Assembly: GCF_032062105.1 (NCBI RefSeq)
Contig: NW_026933409.1
Coordinates: 372,001-436,000, forward strand
DNA: 64,000 nucleotides
Source: Saccostrea cucullata
Lineage: Eukaryota
Direction: 5' to 3'
The notes under the pieces were generated by a model. That model was given only the letters and a program-made list of their open reading frames with translations. It did no database searches and was not told the origin of the DNA. Of the stretch, positions 12,032 to 23,200 are shown in pieces. Positions within the stretch are counted from its first letter, which is position 1; every line of letters begins with the position of its first letter. The position numbers and the translations under genes were made by a program.

Positions 12032-15000
12032 ATGTCAAGTTTACATGACATAACGCTTATAGAAAGACAAATAGAAAATCTGAATAGGGAGATAGAGCAG
12101 TCTATGCGAATGATAGGTCTACAGGAAAATGCTACCAGTGTCCCAAGACGCATACAACAAACAAGGACGGGTACTCCGTTTGCAAGACGGACAGATAGGT
12201 TGCTTGATAATGCAAGTACTGAGGATGTATGCACATGTGATGAGACTGATGATAGGTCTGGAGACCGAGGACAGCATTCGGCACGTGGCACAAATACCGG
12301 TACTCATCCGGCGACAGATACAAATCAAAATCGGAATAGATCAAGGCCCAGGAATTTTATTAAACCTGCGACTTATGACGGTTCCAGTATGTGGAATGAC
12401 TATTTGTCTCACTTTGAGTCTGTTAGTCTCTTGAATGAATGGACTGAGACGGAAAAGGGGTTATATTTAGCTGCGTCTCTTAGAGTGCTAGCACAAGGTG
12501 TGCTCGGTAATCAGCCCAGGGATGAGAGACAGAACTATGGAAAATTAGTCAAATGCTTACAGGATCGGTTTGCCCCACTGAACCAGACTGAGCTGTATCG
12601 GACTCAGCTCAGGGAAAGGAGACAAAAACCATCAGAGAGTTTACCAGAGATGGGCCAAGATATACGGAGGCTTGTGAACCTAGCCTATCCTACAGCACCG
12701 GATGATGTACGTGAGATTCTTGCCACTGAACAGTTTTTAGACGGACTGCATAATGCAGAAATGCGTCTTAAGATCAAACAGTCAAGACCTAGCAGTTTTA
12801 ATGATGCTATACAAAGAGCTGTTGAGCTCGAGGCTTTTTATAAAGCAGAAAGTCGTCGCACCGAGAATGTCAGAAGCATGGATCAAGACTCGGGTCAGGG
12901 GTCAAAGATAGATAAATTCATAGAGACCATGGAGAAGAATATGCAATCTCTTCAAAGGGAGATAAAGGACATGAAACAATGGAAGTTTCAAATGCAAAGG
13001 AATGGACGCGATACAAGGCAGACAAGAGATGAAATTAAGAAAACAACAGGAAATGGTATTAGTACTCGAAGATGCTACAAATGCGGTTCTGACAAACACC
13101 TGAAAAGAGATTGTCCCATGCTTAAAGATACAACCTCTCTCCCGGAACCTAGACAGAAGATGAGAGGCATGACTGAGCATAAGTCAGATGACCGGACCCA
13201 AGCCAGAACGCAAAAGACTGATGAACACTCTAGAATTGTTCATTCTATCAAGGAAACAGGAGCTTATGTAACTGCCAAAGTATGTGGGATGGATACCTAT
13301 CTGCTCATTGACACAGGTGCCACTGTTTCCTTACTATCGAAAGTATGCTTTGAAAACATACAAGGAGACAATCATTCCTTAAAGAAAGTAGACAGGGACG
13401 TCCTGTCAGCAAATGGATCCTGTGTAGAGATATATGGTAAAACATCTATAGAACTCGTGCTAAATGGAACAACTCTGAAGCATGAGATGATAGTGGCGGA
13501 TATATCTGTAGATGGAATTCTTGGTTTAGATTTTCTTGTCAAGTATGAAGCTATCATAAATATGCGCACACACAAGGTTGAGATCTCAGGGATAGAACAT
13601 CCAATTCAGATGGAGGGTACAGCACGAGAGTACAAGATTGCTTTGGTCAATAGAATAGTTATACCTCCAAGGTCTGAAGTAATGACTGAGGGCAAGATAT
13701 GTGCAGGGCCAGATGGGGGATATCCTGTGAATATAGGGCTTGTAGAACCATCTGAAAAATTCCGAAAATCGGATTCCGCTATGATAGCCAGAACCCTGGT
13801 AAGACGCCAGGAGGCAGTGCCCCTACGAATTATGAATCTGTCATCCACGGATAAGACTCTACAGTCAGGAACTGTTGTGGGTAAATTGTCTCCAGTTTGT
13901 GAGATTGTATCATTATCGTCTTCATGCCATGATAAGAGAAGTAGCAAGGAAATGCCAAAACATTTAAAGGAATTGTTTGATAGAAGCACTAAGAATCTTG
14001 GAAGTAATGAAAAAGACAAGGCCAGAAGTTTACTTATTAAGTACTCAGATTTGTTTTCTGTGACTGATGAAGATGTTGGTCGAACCTCTATGGTTAAGCA
14101 CAAGATAGATACAGGTTCTCATCCAGCTATCAAACAGGCACCAAGACGTCTACCTTTCCATATGCAGGAAGAAGTTCAAGAGCATGTATTAGATATGCTT
14201 AAAGGAGGTATTATTGAGCCGTCCAAGAGTGATTGGTCATCAGCGATAGTCTTGGTGAAGAAGAAAGACGGATCCAAAAGGTTCTGTGTGGATTATAGGC
14301 GCCTGAATAGTGTCACCATCAAAGACGCCTATCCCCTTCCCCGGATCGACGAATCGCTTAATCAGCTGAAGGGAGCGAAGTGGTTCAGTACTCTAGACCT
14401 GAATGCTGGATACTGGCAGGTAGAGCTAAGTCCAAGCGATAAGCATAAGACGGCGTTTGCAACTAGACAAGGGTTTTACGAGTTCAATGTGATGCCGTTT
14501 GGGCTTTGTAATGCCCCAGCTACGTTTGAACGTCTTATGGAGACTGTTTTGTCAGGACTACAATGGCAGATATGCCTCATCTATTTAGATGATGTCATTG
14601 TGTATGGGAAAACATTTAACGAAATGGTACATAATTTAGAACAGGTCTTTGAGAAGTTACAGTCAGCTGGTTTGAAGCTAAAGGCAAGAAAATGTACTTT
14701 GTTTGCAAAACAAGTGAAATACCTAGGTCATGTCATTTCGGAGAATGGAGTCGAGACAGATCCAGAGAAAGTTGAATCTGTGAGGCAATGGCCAGAGCCA
14801 GTAAATAAGACTCAAGTTCGTTCCTTCCTCGGCCTCTGTAGCTATTATCGGAAATTCATTGCAAACTTTGCTGATATAGCTCGACCGCTTCATAAACTGA
14901 CAGAGGCATCAGTTGTCTTCAAATGGTCAGAGGAATGTCAAATAGCATTTGATGTCCTAAAAACCAAGTTGACCACAGCACCTATCCTTACTCATCCAGA

Positions 15001-15673
15001 CTTCAGTAAACCCTTTATATTGGATACCGATGCCAGTCAAAATGCGATCGGAGCAGCCCTGTCTCAGATCCAGAATGGGCAGGAAAGGGTAGTCGCTTAT
15101 GCCAGTAAAGTTCTTAGCAAATCAGAGAGAAGGTACTGTGTGACCAGGAAGGAGCTCCTGGCAGTAGTGACGTTTATAAAGCACTTTAGACATTTCTTGT
15201 ATGGACGTAAATTTGTGGTCAGAACAGATCACAGTTCTCTTCGATGGTTGCTAAGGTTCAAGGATCCAGAAGGCCAGTTAGCTCGATGGCTAGAGGTGAT
15301 ATCGGCATATGATATAGAGATCGAGCATAGAGCTGGTAGACTGCATGGCAATGCAGACGGGCTAAGTAGACTCCCATGCGTCCAATGCGGATATTTTGAT
15401 GATTGGGAGAAAGAAGACTTGCATGGGGGACAATCACATGCAAGGGTATTACAGGATGAGATCAAAGACAATGGGACAGATGAATCAAAAAGTCTAATAG
15501 AGATACAGGATGGAAGTCGGGATATTAGACTTGTTAAGGATTGGATGGAGGAGGGGAAGCGTCCAGACTACAGTGAAATTACTGCTGAGAGCTATATGGT
15601 CAAATCATTGTGGGCTCAGTGGAGTAGATTGGCATTGAAGGATAATTTGCTTTTCTCGCATGTGGGAGCTTGA
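12032..15673 (+). CDS. Gypsy Gag-Pol: capsid, CCHC knuckle, aspartic protease, RT, RNase H
   Basis: CYKCGSDKHLKRDC zinc knuckle; LIDTGAT protease; RT motifs RFCVDYRRLN, LDLNAGYWQ, MPFGLCNAPATF and YLDD; RNase H DTDAS..ELLAVV..TDH. Confidence 0.95.
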   Translation: MSSLHDITLIERQIENLNREIEQSMRMIGLQENATSVPRRIQQTRTGTPFARRTDRLLDNASTEDVCTCDETDDRSGDRGQHSARGTNTGTHPATDTNQNRNRSRPRNFIKPATYDGSSMWNDYLSHFESVSLLNEWTETEKGLYLAASLRVLAQGVLGNQPRDERQNYGKLVKCLQDRFAPLNQTELYRTQLRERRQKPSESLPEMGQDIRRLVNLAYPTAPDDVREILATEQFLDGLHNAEMRLKIKQSRPSSFNDAIQRAVELEAFYKAESRRTENVRSMDQDSGQGSKIDKFIETMEKNMQSLQREIKDMKQWKFQMQRNGRDTRQTRDEIKKTTGNGISTRRCYKCGSDKHLKRDCPMLKDTTSLPEPRQKMRGMTEHKSDDRTQARTQKTDEHSRIVHSIKETGAYVTAKVCGMDTYLLIDTGATVSLLSKVCFENIQGDNHSLKKVDRDVLSANGSCVEIYGKTSIELVLNGTTLKHEMIVADISVDGILGLDFLVKYEAIINMRTHKVEISGIEHPIQMEGTAREYKIALVNRIVIPPRSEVMTEGKICAGPDGGYPVNIGLVEPSEKFRKSDSAMIARTLVRRQEAVPLRIMNLSSTDKTLQSGTVVGKLSPVCEIVSLSSSCHDKRSSKEMPKHLKELFDRSTKNLGSNEKDKARSLLIKYSDLFSVTDEDVGRTSMVKHKIDTGSHPAIKQAPRRLPFHMQEEVQEHVLDMLKGGIIEPSKSDWSSAIVLVKKKDGSKRFCVDYRRLNSVTIKDAYPLPRIDESLNQLKGAKWFSTLDLNAGYWQVELSPSDKHKTAFATRQGFYEFNVMPFGLCNAPATFERLMETVLSGLQWQICLIYLDDVIVYGKTFNEMVHNLEQVFEKLQSAGLKLKARKCTLFAKQVKYLGHVISENGVETDPEKVESVRQWPEPVNKTQVRSFLGLCSYYRKFIANFADIARPLHKLTEASVVFKWSEECQIAFDVLKTKLTTAPILTHPDFSKPFILDTDASQNAIGAALSQIQNGQERVVAYASKVLSKSERRYCVTRKELLAVVTFIKHFRHFLYGRKFVVRTDHSSLRWLLRFKDPEGQLARWLEVISAYDIEIEHRAGRLHGNADGLSRLPCVQCGYFDDWEKEDLHGGQSHARVLQDEIKDNGTDESKSLIEIQDGSRDIRLVKDWMEEGKRPDYSEITAESYMVKSLWAQWSRLALKDNLLFSHVGA

Positions 15674-16988
15674 AGAAAGCAATGACACGACATATCAAAT
15701 TGTTATGCCACTCTCACAGAGAAGGTTTATTTTACAGCAGATGCATGACTCCAAAACATCTTGTCAACTAGGGGTGACCAAAACCCTGAACAAGATCAGA
15801 CAAAGTTACTACTGGCCGGGACTGCAAAGCGACGTAAGAGGTTATGTTGCTGGATGCGACATATGTGCCCGGAGGAAGCCTCCACTTAAAACAAAGCGCG
15901 GACCTATGCAACCTTTGCAAGTGGGTTACCCAATGGAAAGGATAGCCACAGATATCCTCGGGGAATTTCCGATCACAGAAAAGGGGAATCGCTACATACT
16001 TGTAGTCTCTGATTATTTCAGTAAATGGACAGAGGCCTTTCCGATGCCCAACATGGAGGCTCAGACAGTTGCGAAACTGATCGTAGAGGAAGTTATCTGT
16101 AGGTTTGGAGTTCCTGTATCCATCCATTCTGACCAAGGGCGTCAATATGAGAGCCTTTTGTTTAGCGAGGTATGCAAGCACATACAGATCCGAAAGACAA
16201 GAACCACACCATACCATCCTCAGTCTGATGGTATGGTGGAACGGTTCAATAAGACTTTAGCCACCATGCTGAGTAGTTATATTAGCGAGAATCATCGGGA
16301 TTGGGATGAGAGCATACCTTTTGTGATGATGGCATACAGGGCGGCACAGCATGAATCAACCGGATACACGCCAAACATGCTGATGCTCGGTAGAGAAACT
16401 GCCACCCCTCTGGACATCATATATGACATGCCAGCAACCTGGAAACAAGTACCGAGTCATGAATGGGTGTGGATTCTGACTGATCGAATGGAAAGGGCTC
16501 AAAATTTGGTGAGAAAACAGTTAGAAGGAGCTATCCTTCGACAGAAGCATTATCATGACATGAAGATGTCCTATGAACAATTCAAAGTTGGGGACCAGGT
16601 ATATGTCTATTTTCCCCAAAGGAAAACTGGGTGCTCACCTAAGCTCACTTCATATTGGAGAGGACCTTTTAAGGTTCTGGCAAAAGTCTCTGAGGTCCTG
16701 TATAAGGTGAATTGTGGACGCAATGGAAAGGATCAGATAATTCATTGCGACAGGATGAAAAGGTGCAGAGATCAAGTTCTTCGAAGCGAAGATCCAGACC
16801 TAGGACTCGAAAGTTCAGAGCTAGGGACAATTGATTTTTCCAATGTTCAGATAGATCAAGAGGATCAGGATGATGACTTTGGGTCATCTAACAGAAACAT
16901 TGAAGTCACGGATGAATTAGTTGGTGATCGCAGACCCAGACGCGAAAGACGTGCCCCAACTTACCTTCAAGATTATGTCCAGGACTAG
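15660..16988 (+). CDS. Gypsy integrase (continuation of pol after a 1-nt frameshift near 15655)
   Basis: HD..LG..KT..CDIC zinc-finger region, DDE core (ATDILG, HSDQG, VERFN) and a GPF motif (WRGPFKV). Confidence 0.93.
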   Translation: MWELEESNDTTYQIVMPLSQRRFILQQMHDSKTSCQLGVTKTLNKIRQSYYWPGLQSDVRGYVAGCDICARRKPPLKTKRGPMQPLQVGYPMERIATDILGEFPITEKGNRYILVVSDYFSKWTEAFPMPNMEAQTVAKLIVEEVICRFGVPVSIHSDQGRQYESLLFSEVCKHIQIRKTRTTPYHPQSDGMVERFNKTLATMLSSYISENHRDWDESIPFVMMAYRAAQHESTGYTPNMLMLGRETATPLDIIYDMPATWKQVPSHEWVWILTDRMERAQNLVRKQLEGAILRQKHYHDMKMSYEQFKVGDQVYVYFPQRKTGCSPKLTSYWRGPFKVLAKVSEVLYKVNCGRNGKDQIIHCDRMKRCRDQVLRSEDPDLGLESSELGTIDFSNVQIDQEDQDDDFGSSNRNIEVTDELVGDRRPRRERRAPTYLQDYVQD

Positions 16989-17162
16989 GACATGAATATA
17001 TGTTTTTCTTTAAGTCTTGAATTAAACTTACAAAACTATGCGTGAATTGGCTTACAGAGTACTTATAACCCTGCTATTATTTAAGTTGTTCTGCTTTTTT
17101 TCTATGAAAAATATTGATATTATTTGCATTGATGTATTGTCATGTATCTTTGTAGTGAAATC

Positions 17163-17798
17163 ATGGTTAATACAAAGGTGACGCCGAGAAAATCTAAAGA
17201 GATATGTCCAGTGTGTTTCATTGAATTGGACGGGAAAGATGCCTGGGCCGCTCATGTGTTGAAGTGTGCTAGCAGCATGTTGGTGTGTGAGAAGTGTCAT
17301 GTATCCTTTAAGAAGAAGGAATATTTGGTGAAGCACATGAAGTTGAAACATGCAGAAAATGATCATGCGTCTAAAGAGCCAGAGGATGATGAGGCAGGTC
17401 CAAGTAGTCCAGTCCAGAATAACAGCGACAGCGGGAGTGACTGGGATGAAGATCCAGGGGTACAGCTGGAGGAACCGTCCAAAGAAAATGATCCTGAACC
17501 CCCCACTAAAACCGCTAGTTTGCTGACAGGACGCATATTCAGAAAGCGGACCGCACCTAGCCCAGTACCCACTACACGGAAAGTAGTCTGCAGATCTGAA
17601 CCTGATCCAGAACCTGATGCTGAGAAGACTGTGGATAGGGGGATGCAGATCGATTCCCATGCAAACATTACAGTGGATCAGGGGACCCAGACTGCAGGTT
17701 TTAGAATGCGGGTGAAAGAGGTTACAGTCACCAAGTTTCATGATAATGGCAGAAGTGTGGAGAAAATTGTAGAAAGAGAAGAATTTTATAATATGTAA
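17163..17798 (+). CDS. Accessory ORF3 of the Gypsy element: H3-tail-like N-terminus, two zinc fingers, acidic disordered linker (211 aa from ATG 17163)
   Basis: Intact ORF between the integrase stop and the PPT. Contains CPVC-x12-HVLKC and CEKC-x12-HMKLKH fingers, a Kozak-like aatcATGG start and an upstream tttgtAG acceptor. Confidence 0.8.
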   Translation: MVNTKVTPRKSKEICPVCFIELDGKDAWAAHVLKCASSMLVCEKCHVSFKKKEYLVKHMKLKHAENDHASKEPEDDEAGPSSPVQNNSDSGSDWDEDPGVQLEEPSKENDPEPPTKTASLLTGRIFRKRTAPSPVPTTRKVVCRSEPDPEPDAEKTVDRGMQIDSHANITVDQGTQTAGFRMRVKEVTVTKFHDNGRSVEKIVEREEFYNM

Positions 17799-17972
17799 AT
17801 TTTTGATTTATGCTGTTTCCTGCGAAGTTTATAAGACAGATAGTCTTTTAAGATAATCATGGTCTTGCTTTCATTTTGCATATATCTCATGTTTTCTTCA
17901 TTAAAACATTTATCATCTTGTTACGTCATTATTTCATTATTTTCTTTTGTCATGCGAGGACGCATGAGTAAT

Positions 17973-17986
17973 AGAGGCGTGGGTAA
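17973..17986 (+). promoter_or_regulatory. Polypurine tract preceded by a short hairpin (tcatgcg-agga-cgcatga, 17950-17967)
   Basis: agaggcgtgggtaa immediately 5' of the 3' LTR. Confidence 0.65.
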
Positions 17987-18611
17987 TGTGACAGATCGGG
18001 CTCGGGATGCTAGATGAATTACGTCACCCGGACTTTATCGTAGTGCGCTACGATAGCGGCCGAGGGTAGTCCGGGTGATCATCACTATATATAAGAGCGT
18101 TCTGCTGAAAGCTGGCAGTTGCCAGTTGGAGCTCACAAGTTACGGTCGGCAAAAGCGTAATTGCAAGGTACGGGATTTTAAAGGATTTAATACAGTATAC
18201 GGTGGCTAGTATACTGGGTCTAAAGTATTATAGTATTTTGAGGGAATAAAGCGATAATTTACCTCATTATAATTATTTCATCTGTCTGGGTATAAGACAG
18301 AAACCTGAAACGTACATGTCAACGACCTATCCGAGTCCCGGATCGAGATACATACCTGTCCTGATACTGGTACAGATACATCCAGGACACAGACCAGATA
18401 CATGCCCATTAATTGTTGTTTATGTTAAGGATAGGAAATCCTTATAATATATGTATATATTGACTCGTTGTTTTTCATATATGCTTTGTCATTTATCATT
18501 TCAAATCATTTGTCTAATTAGTGATCTATCTCTTGTTTACATAATCATTTGTTTAATTCATTTGGTTGATTAAGGATCTATACTCAAATTCACGGACCCA
18601 TACACGTTACA
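17987..18611 (+). repeat. 3' LTR (625 bp)
   Basis: Identical by eye to the 5' LTR except for one inserted A (ggatcgAgatac, about 18346). Confidence 0.97.
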
Positions 18612-19327
18612 ATAGTTTCTAATACGAGGTAGACGATTGATAAATAAGCTGATAATATAGGGATATGAACAATGTCCTTGAGTTCAACACTAAGTTTTGC
18701 ACTCAATACAATGAATTTGTTTGCTTATTTAGTCTGTTGTTCAGGAAATTGTTGACTGATGCTTTTTGTGCAAATTATTTTCAAGCATTTTTCCCGTTCA
18801 CCATGTCGTGACAGGGAGCACAAAGAGGGTGTGACCGATCAACAGGGGATGCTTACTCCTAAATAGCACCTGTTCCACCTTCCCTTTTCAGAGGTTTGTA
18901 TTGGATCGGCTCAAAATTCAGTTTTACATTAATTTTTAAGCTTGTCCACTTGAGTGCTTGTTACCTTAACATTTTACCCCTACTATGTTTAGCACGCTTT
19001 TGACCAAATTTATAACATCTAAATAAATTTTTATTATTTCACAGTGTGGTCTGCTGTATAATTAGAATTGTGCTTGTTGGTGTCATAAAGTAAAAAAAAA
19101 CATTTTTGTGCTCTAAATATTTTTATTGATTGAAATATTTGTCATTTAATATTAAATCTTCCCAATACTTTATCTTAACAAAACACAGAATGCACAATTC
19201 TAAATCATTAAGTAATCATCTTTGGTTATCAGCATTGTACAGAATTTTGTCTTATAGATGTAAAAGTCCTGGCGGTGTATATACATTGTTAGGATCTAAA
19301 AATATTTTTTTTTTATGTTTGTAAATT

Positions 19328-20214
19328 TTATAAACACTTGAAGACAATCTTGCTTTGTTTGGAGTTGGGGACTCTTTCATAAGTCAACTTTCTTTTACGT
19401 GATCCTGCTGATAAAATAGCAATTAGCTTTGAGTTATTAATAGAACATACGAATGTAAAACACAAAACATAATTAACCCCAAAGAAATAAATTAAGGAGT
19501 AATGTTATTTCTCTAACCTGAAGTTTTGTTGAAGCAATGTAAATCTTCTACATGGCCAGTTTCCTGAATAAAAATTTAAAGAACACAAAAACAGTAACTG
19601 TATGTACATGTATGTGCAACAAAAGTATAAACAATGTAAATACTCATTCCTGATCATCTCAAATGACTTCTAAACCAAAAATTAATTGCACATTTTTGAA
19701 AACAATATATTAAATTGTTACAAACAATCAAAGAAAAGATCTGAATTTTTAAATTTTAATTTAGTTTTTATACATTTTGATTGATAGCTTTCTATTTAAT
19801 ATTTAGTTGGTCTCCTTTTCTGTATTAATGAAATACAGCCTTGATGTGGATTGGCATGCTATGAATATTTGGCATGCTATGAATAAAGTTTTAACAGAGC
19901 CTTTGGGAATTGAGCACATTTCTCACTGGAATGCATGGCAAATCTCTTAGTTTCTATCATAATATATAGGTATACATGGTTTATAGACACAAATGATCTA
20001 CATGATCTCAAACACTGATATTTAAAATACTAGGGATATATTGTGATTCGGAAATCCCAACCACTTATGAAGTATTTTACCTTCAATATTTTGAACTCTC
20101 CACTTTTCCTTGGTCCCACTGAGTTTGAAAAACGGGGATTAAACAAAAACACACAACTCTACTATGTAAAGTTAGTAATTATAATCAGCGACTTCTTACA
20201 TAGAAATAGGGTAC

Positions 20215-20245
<31 letters not shown>

Positions 20246-23200
20246 CCTGTTGAGGATCGTACTCGATGTCCATTGGTGGGGAGTCGTACCCTGGCCACCT
20301 CTCTAGCTGACCCCTGTCATTCTCCAATAAGAGATCACCTTGCCTAGTAAACTGTGGCTCATACTGCCCCTGCATTGAGGGTTTATCACCTGAGTATCTT
20401 GATGTGCAGTCTCTTTGACATGGTGTTCTGTAGCTGCTGAGTTGTACTGGAGCTTTATGTATACCATCTTGTTCAACTCCTTGTCTTTGCTTCAAAGTTA
20501 ACCCTAAAGTACTGGACTGTCCAAAGTCTGAATCAATAGAGTAGTTCGTGTTACTTGGTATTCTGCCCTCTGCATTGTTGTAAGGAGTTGTGTTTTGCCT
20601 CAGCTGTACTTGACTTCTTAAAATCTGGGAGTTTGACGAGGCAGAAAGAGGACCATCTTTAGTTGTCACATGATCTTAAAAATTAAAAAATCTTAAAAAT
20701 AAAAATTTTGATCAATTACACTGACCAAACAAATTATCAGGTTAAATTTGTTTTTTACAGTTTTAAGGATACTGTAGTTTCCTAAAAAAATTAACTCTTC
20801 AGGAACAGTGCTCTCAAAAATCCATGCTTCTATAATTTGGCATCTATATGTTATTTTACTGTTACAGTATTTTAAAATATTCAAAAGTTAAAGGAAAAAA
20901 AAAATATATAGAATGTATTCACTGCAGATTAAACAGAACATTAATTGTACTATTTCTTTACTCCCTTACCTGTATTCTGTGGCTGTCGTAGGGGTCTTGC
21001 CAGTCCTATGCTGACTCTTCTTGGTCCGGACCTTGGGAATATTTTGTCATTTGATGATAAGCTTGCCTGCTTTAGTAACTGTCGAGTTGTAGCAATGAGA
21101 CTGTCCCTAAAATTCCCACCAATTGTGTGATAACCTTTATCATCCAATGGACCACTTCCTTTATTTGTTTGGAAAGTATCCTCTGTTGCATGTTTATTGA
21201 ATTCATCTGAAGAATGAAAACTCTGTGACGCCTGACCACTAGTATGGGTATTAAAAGTGTGTAAGTTATTATGTCTGCATGCATTGGTAGAATTTAAACC
21301 ATGCTGATTTCTAAGAAATAAGTTCCTTTGGATATCGTCATCAAAGTTGACACTCCAATCATCTGTCCTCAGGTTGTCAGATACTTGGTTAATCTGAGAG
21401 TAAGGTTGCTCATTTTCTAGGGTTTCCCTTCCAAAGAAGAAATTTTCTTCATTTCGATTCTGCACAATTGAGTCACTTGATCTTTCCCTTGGAGTCAGAT
21501 CATCTTGGAACCAATTTACTTCAGAATTAGAGGACTGTTCTGCAAGACTTTTTCCCATGACATTTCCTTTTTTGAATAGGTAAGACATATCTACATCAGT
21601 TGGTCCACATAATTCAGATAAATACCCTCCTGGACGGCATCCTTCCATTTGCTCCTTGGCTTGTCCATCAACAGTTCTACTGAAGTCCTCCAAACAGCAG
21701 CTTACCTCCTCCTGGACTCCTCTTTGCACATTTCTTACAAAATCAGTCCCAGAGTAATTGCTGGGAGGGGAGAATGTAGAAATAAGACCAGAATCTTTCT
21801 CTACATTTGGGACTGACTCGTGACAATAATCAGACATGTGTTTGAGAGTCCCACCATCTTGCTCATTGGGAAGGATTTTTTCATGGGATGTAAAGGATTC
21901 CTCTTTAGCATGTGTTGATGGGGAATGGGGAATTTCCTGACTAATTTCTTTCTCCAATACATTGCTCTCTACATTTAATTTCTCTAAACCTTGATAAAAC
22001 ATCTACATGGAGGAAAGAAAAAAAAAATTTTTAATAGCAACAGATGAAAAATTTATTAAGTTACGAAATATTTCCTTCTCATATGTGATCAAAAGTTTGG
22101 AAGAAGAAGAAAAATTTCTCAACAATAACCAATTGATTTCTTTCTGTTACATACAATAAACCTCTCTGCCTGATAATTTTTTTTTTTCTGACCTGAATGA
22201 TTCTCTTTGGAACATCAGGAAAGAGTCTGCAAAGTTGATCTGGGTGAAGGTCCAGGATAGATTGTAGGTCAAGAATCTGAAGCAACTTCTGAGCTCTGCA
22301 AAAAAATAATGGACATGTTATTGTATAAGTGGAAATTTTACCAAGACACATATTTAGCGACTGGTCCTTAAAAATTAGTATTTTATTTTTATCAAGATGT
22401 ATTTTAGCAAATTTAAAATGCTCACTAAAAGATACTATTACAAATAAAACACAATTAATTTTTAGCGGTATTCAATTTTAGCAATATTGGCATCCTCGCT
22501 AATAATGCCAAAATCCTCACTAAAAATTCTCACTAAATCCTCACTAACAAGATGTGTTTGTGAAACACTATGCCCCCGGTGGTAACACAATTTTTGAGTT
22601 GGGCAGTCTGGTATTTTTTTTTTGTAAAAGTAGGTCAAACTCCAAGGTCAAGAGGTCAAATATGGTGGTACCCAGAAGAAAGGTCTTATTACAAGAATTA
22701 CACCTGTGAAATATAAAAGCACTACTTTTAACTGTTCAAAAGTTATGACCGAGGTTAATGTTTTTAAGAAGTGGGTCAAACTCCTACGTCAAGGTCAAAA
22801 GGTCAAAAATATTTCTACCGTCTGAAAGGTCTTGTCAAAATAAATATACATGTGAAGGATGAAAGCCCTAACTTCAACTATTTAAAAGTTATGGCCAAGG
22901 TTAAACTCTGGTATTTTTTTGTAAAAGTAGGTCAATCTCCCAGGTCAAGGTCAAGAGGTCAAATTTGGTGGTACCCAAAGAAAGGTCATGTCACAAGTAA
23001 CACACCTATGAATTATGAAAGCCATAGCCCCAACCACTCAATAGTTATGGGCTAGGTTAAAGTTGGGGGACAAACAAACAGACAGACAGACAGACAGACG
23101 GACAGACAGACATGTTCCGGGGGCATAAAAATTCTGCTAATATGGTATGTACTATAAAGATACAATGGTTGTCTACCAATTGATCAGCCATTTGATAGGT

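Larger units (their letters stand above)
11322..18611 (+). mobile_element. Full-length Ty3/Gypsy LTR retrotransposon with three ORFs
   Basis: TG...CA LTRs, 4-bp TSD ATAG (11318-11321, 18612-18615), PBS, PPT, and domain order gag-PR-RT-RNaseH-IN. Confidence 0.97.

Noticed and set aside
15645-15675. Programmed ribosomal frameshift between RNase H and integrase
   Set aside because: No X XXY YYZ slippery heptamer, an atypical position, and removal of one base restores a normal-looking LLFRMW sequence; mutation or assembly error is more likely.
11992-17741. Antisense ORFs over the Gypsy element (e.g. 13606-14103, 15768-16217, 17052-17741)
   Set aside because: Shadows of the plus-strand gag-pol and ORF3 frames, with no recognisable motifs.
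17142-17798. ORF3 as an envelope gene
   Set aside because: No signal peptide, furin site plus fusion peptide, or transmembrane anchor; it has zinc fingers instead.
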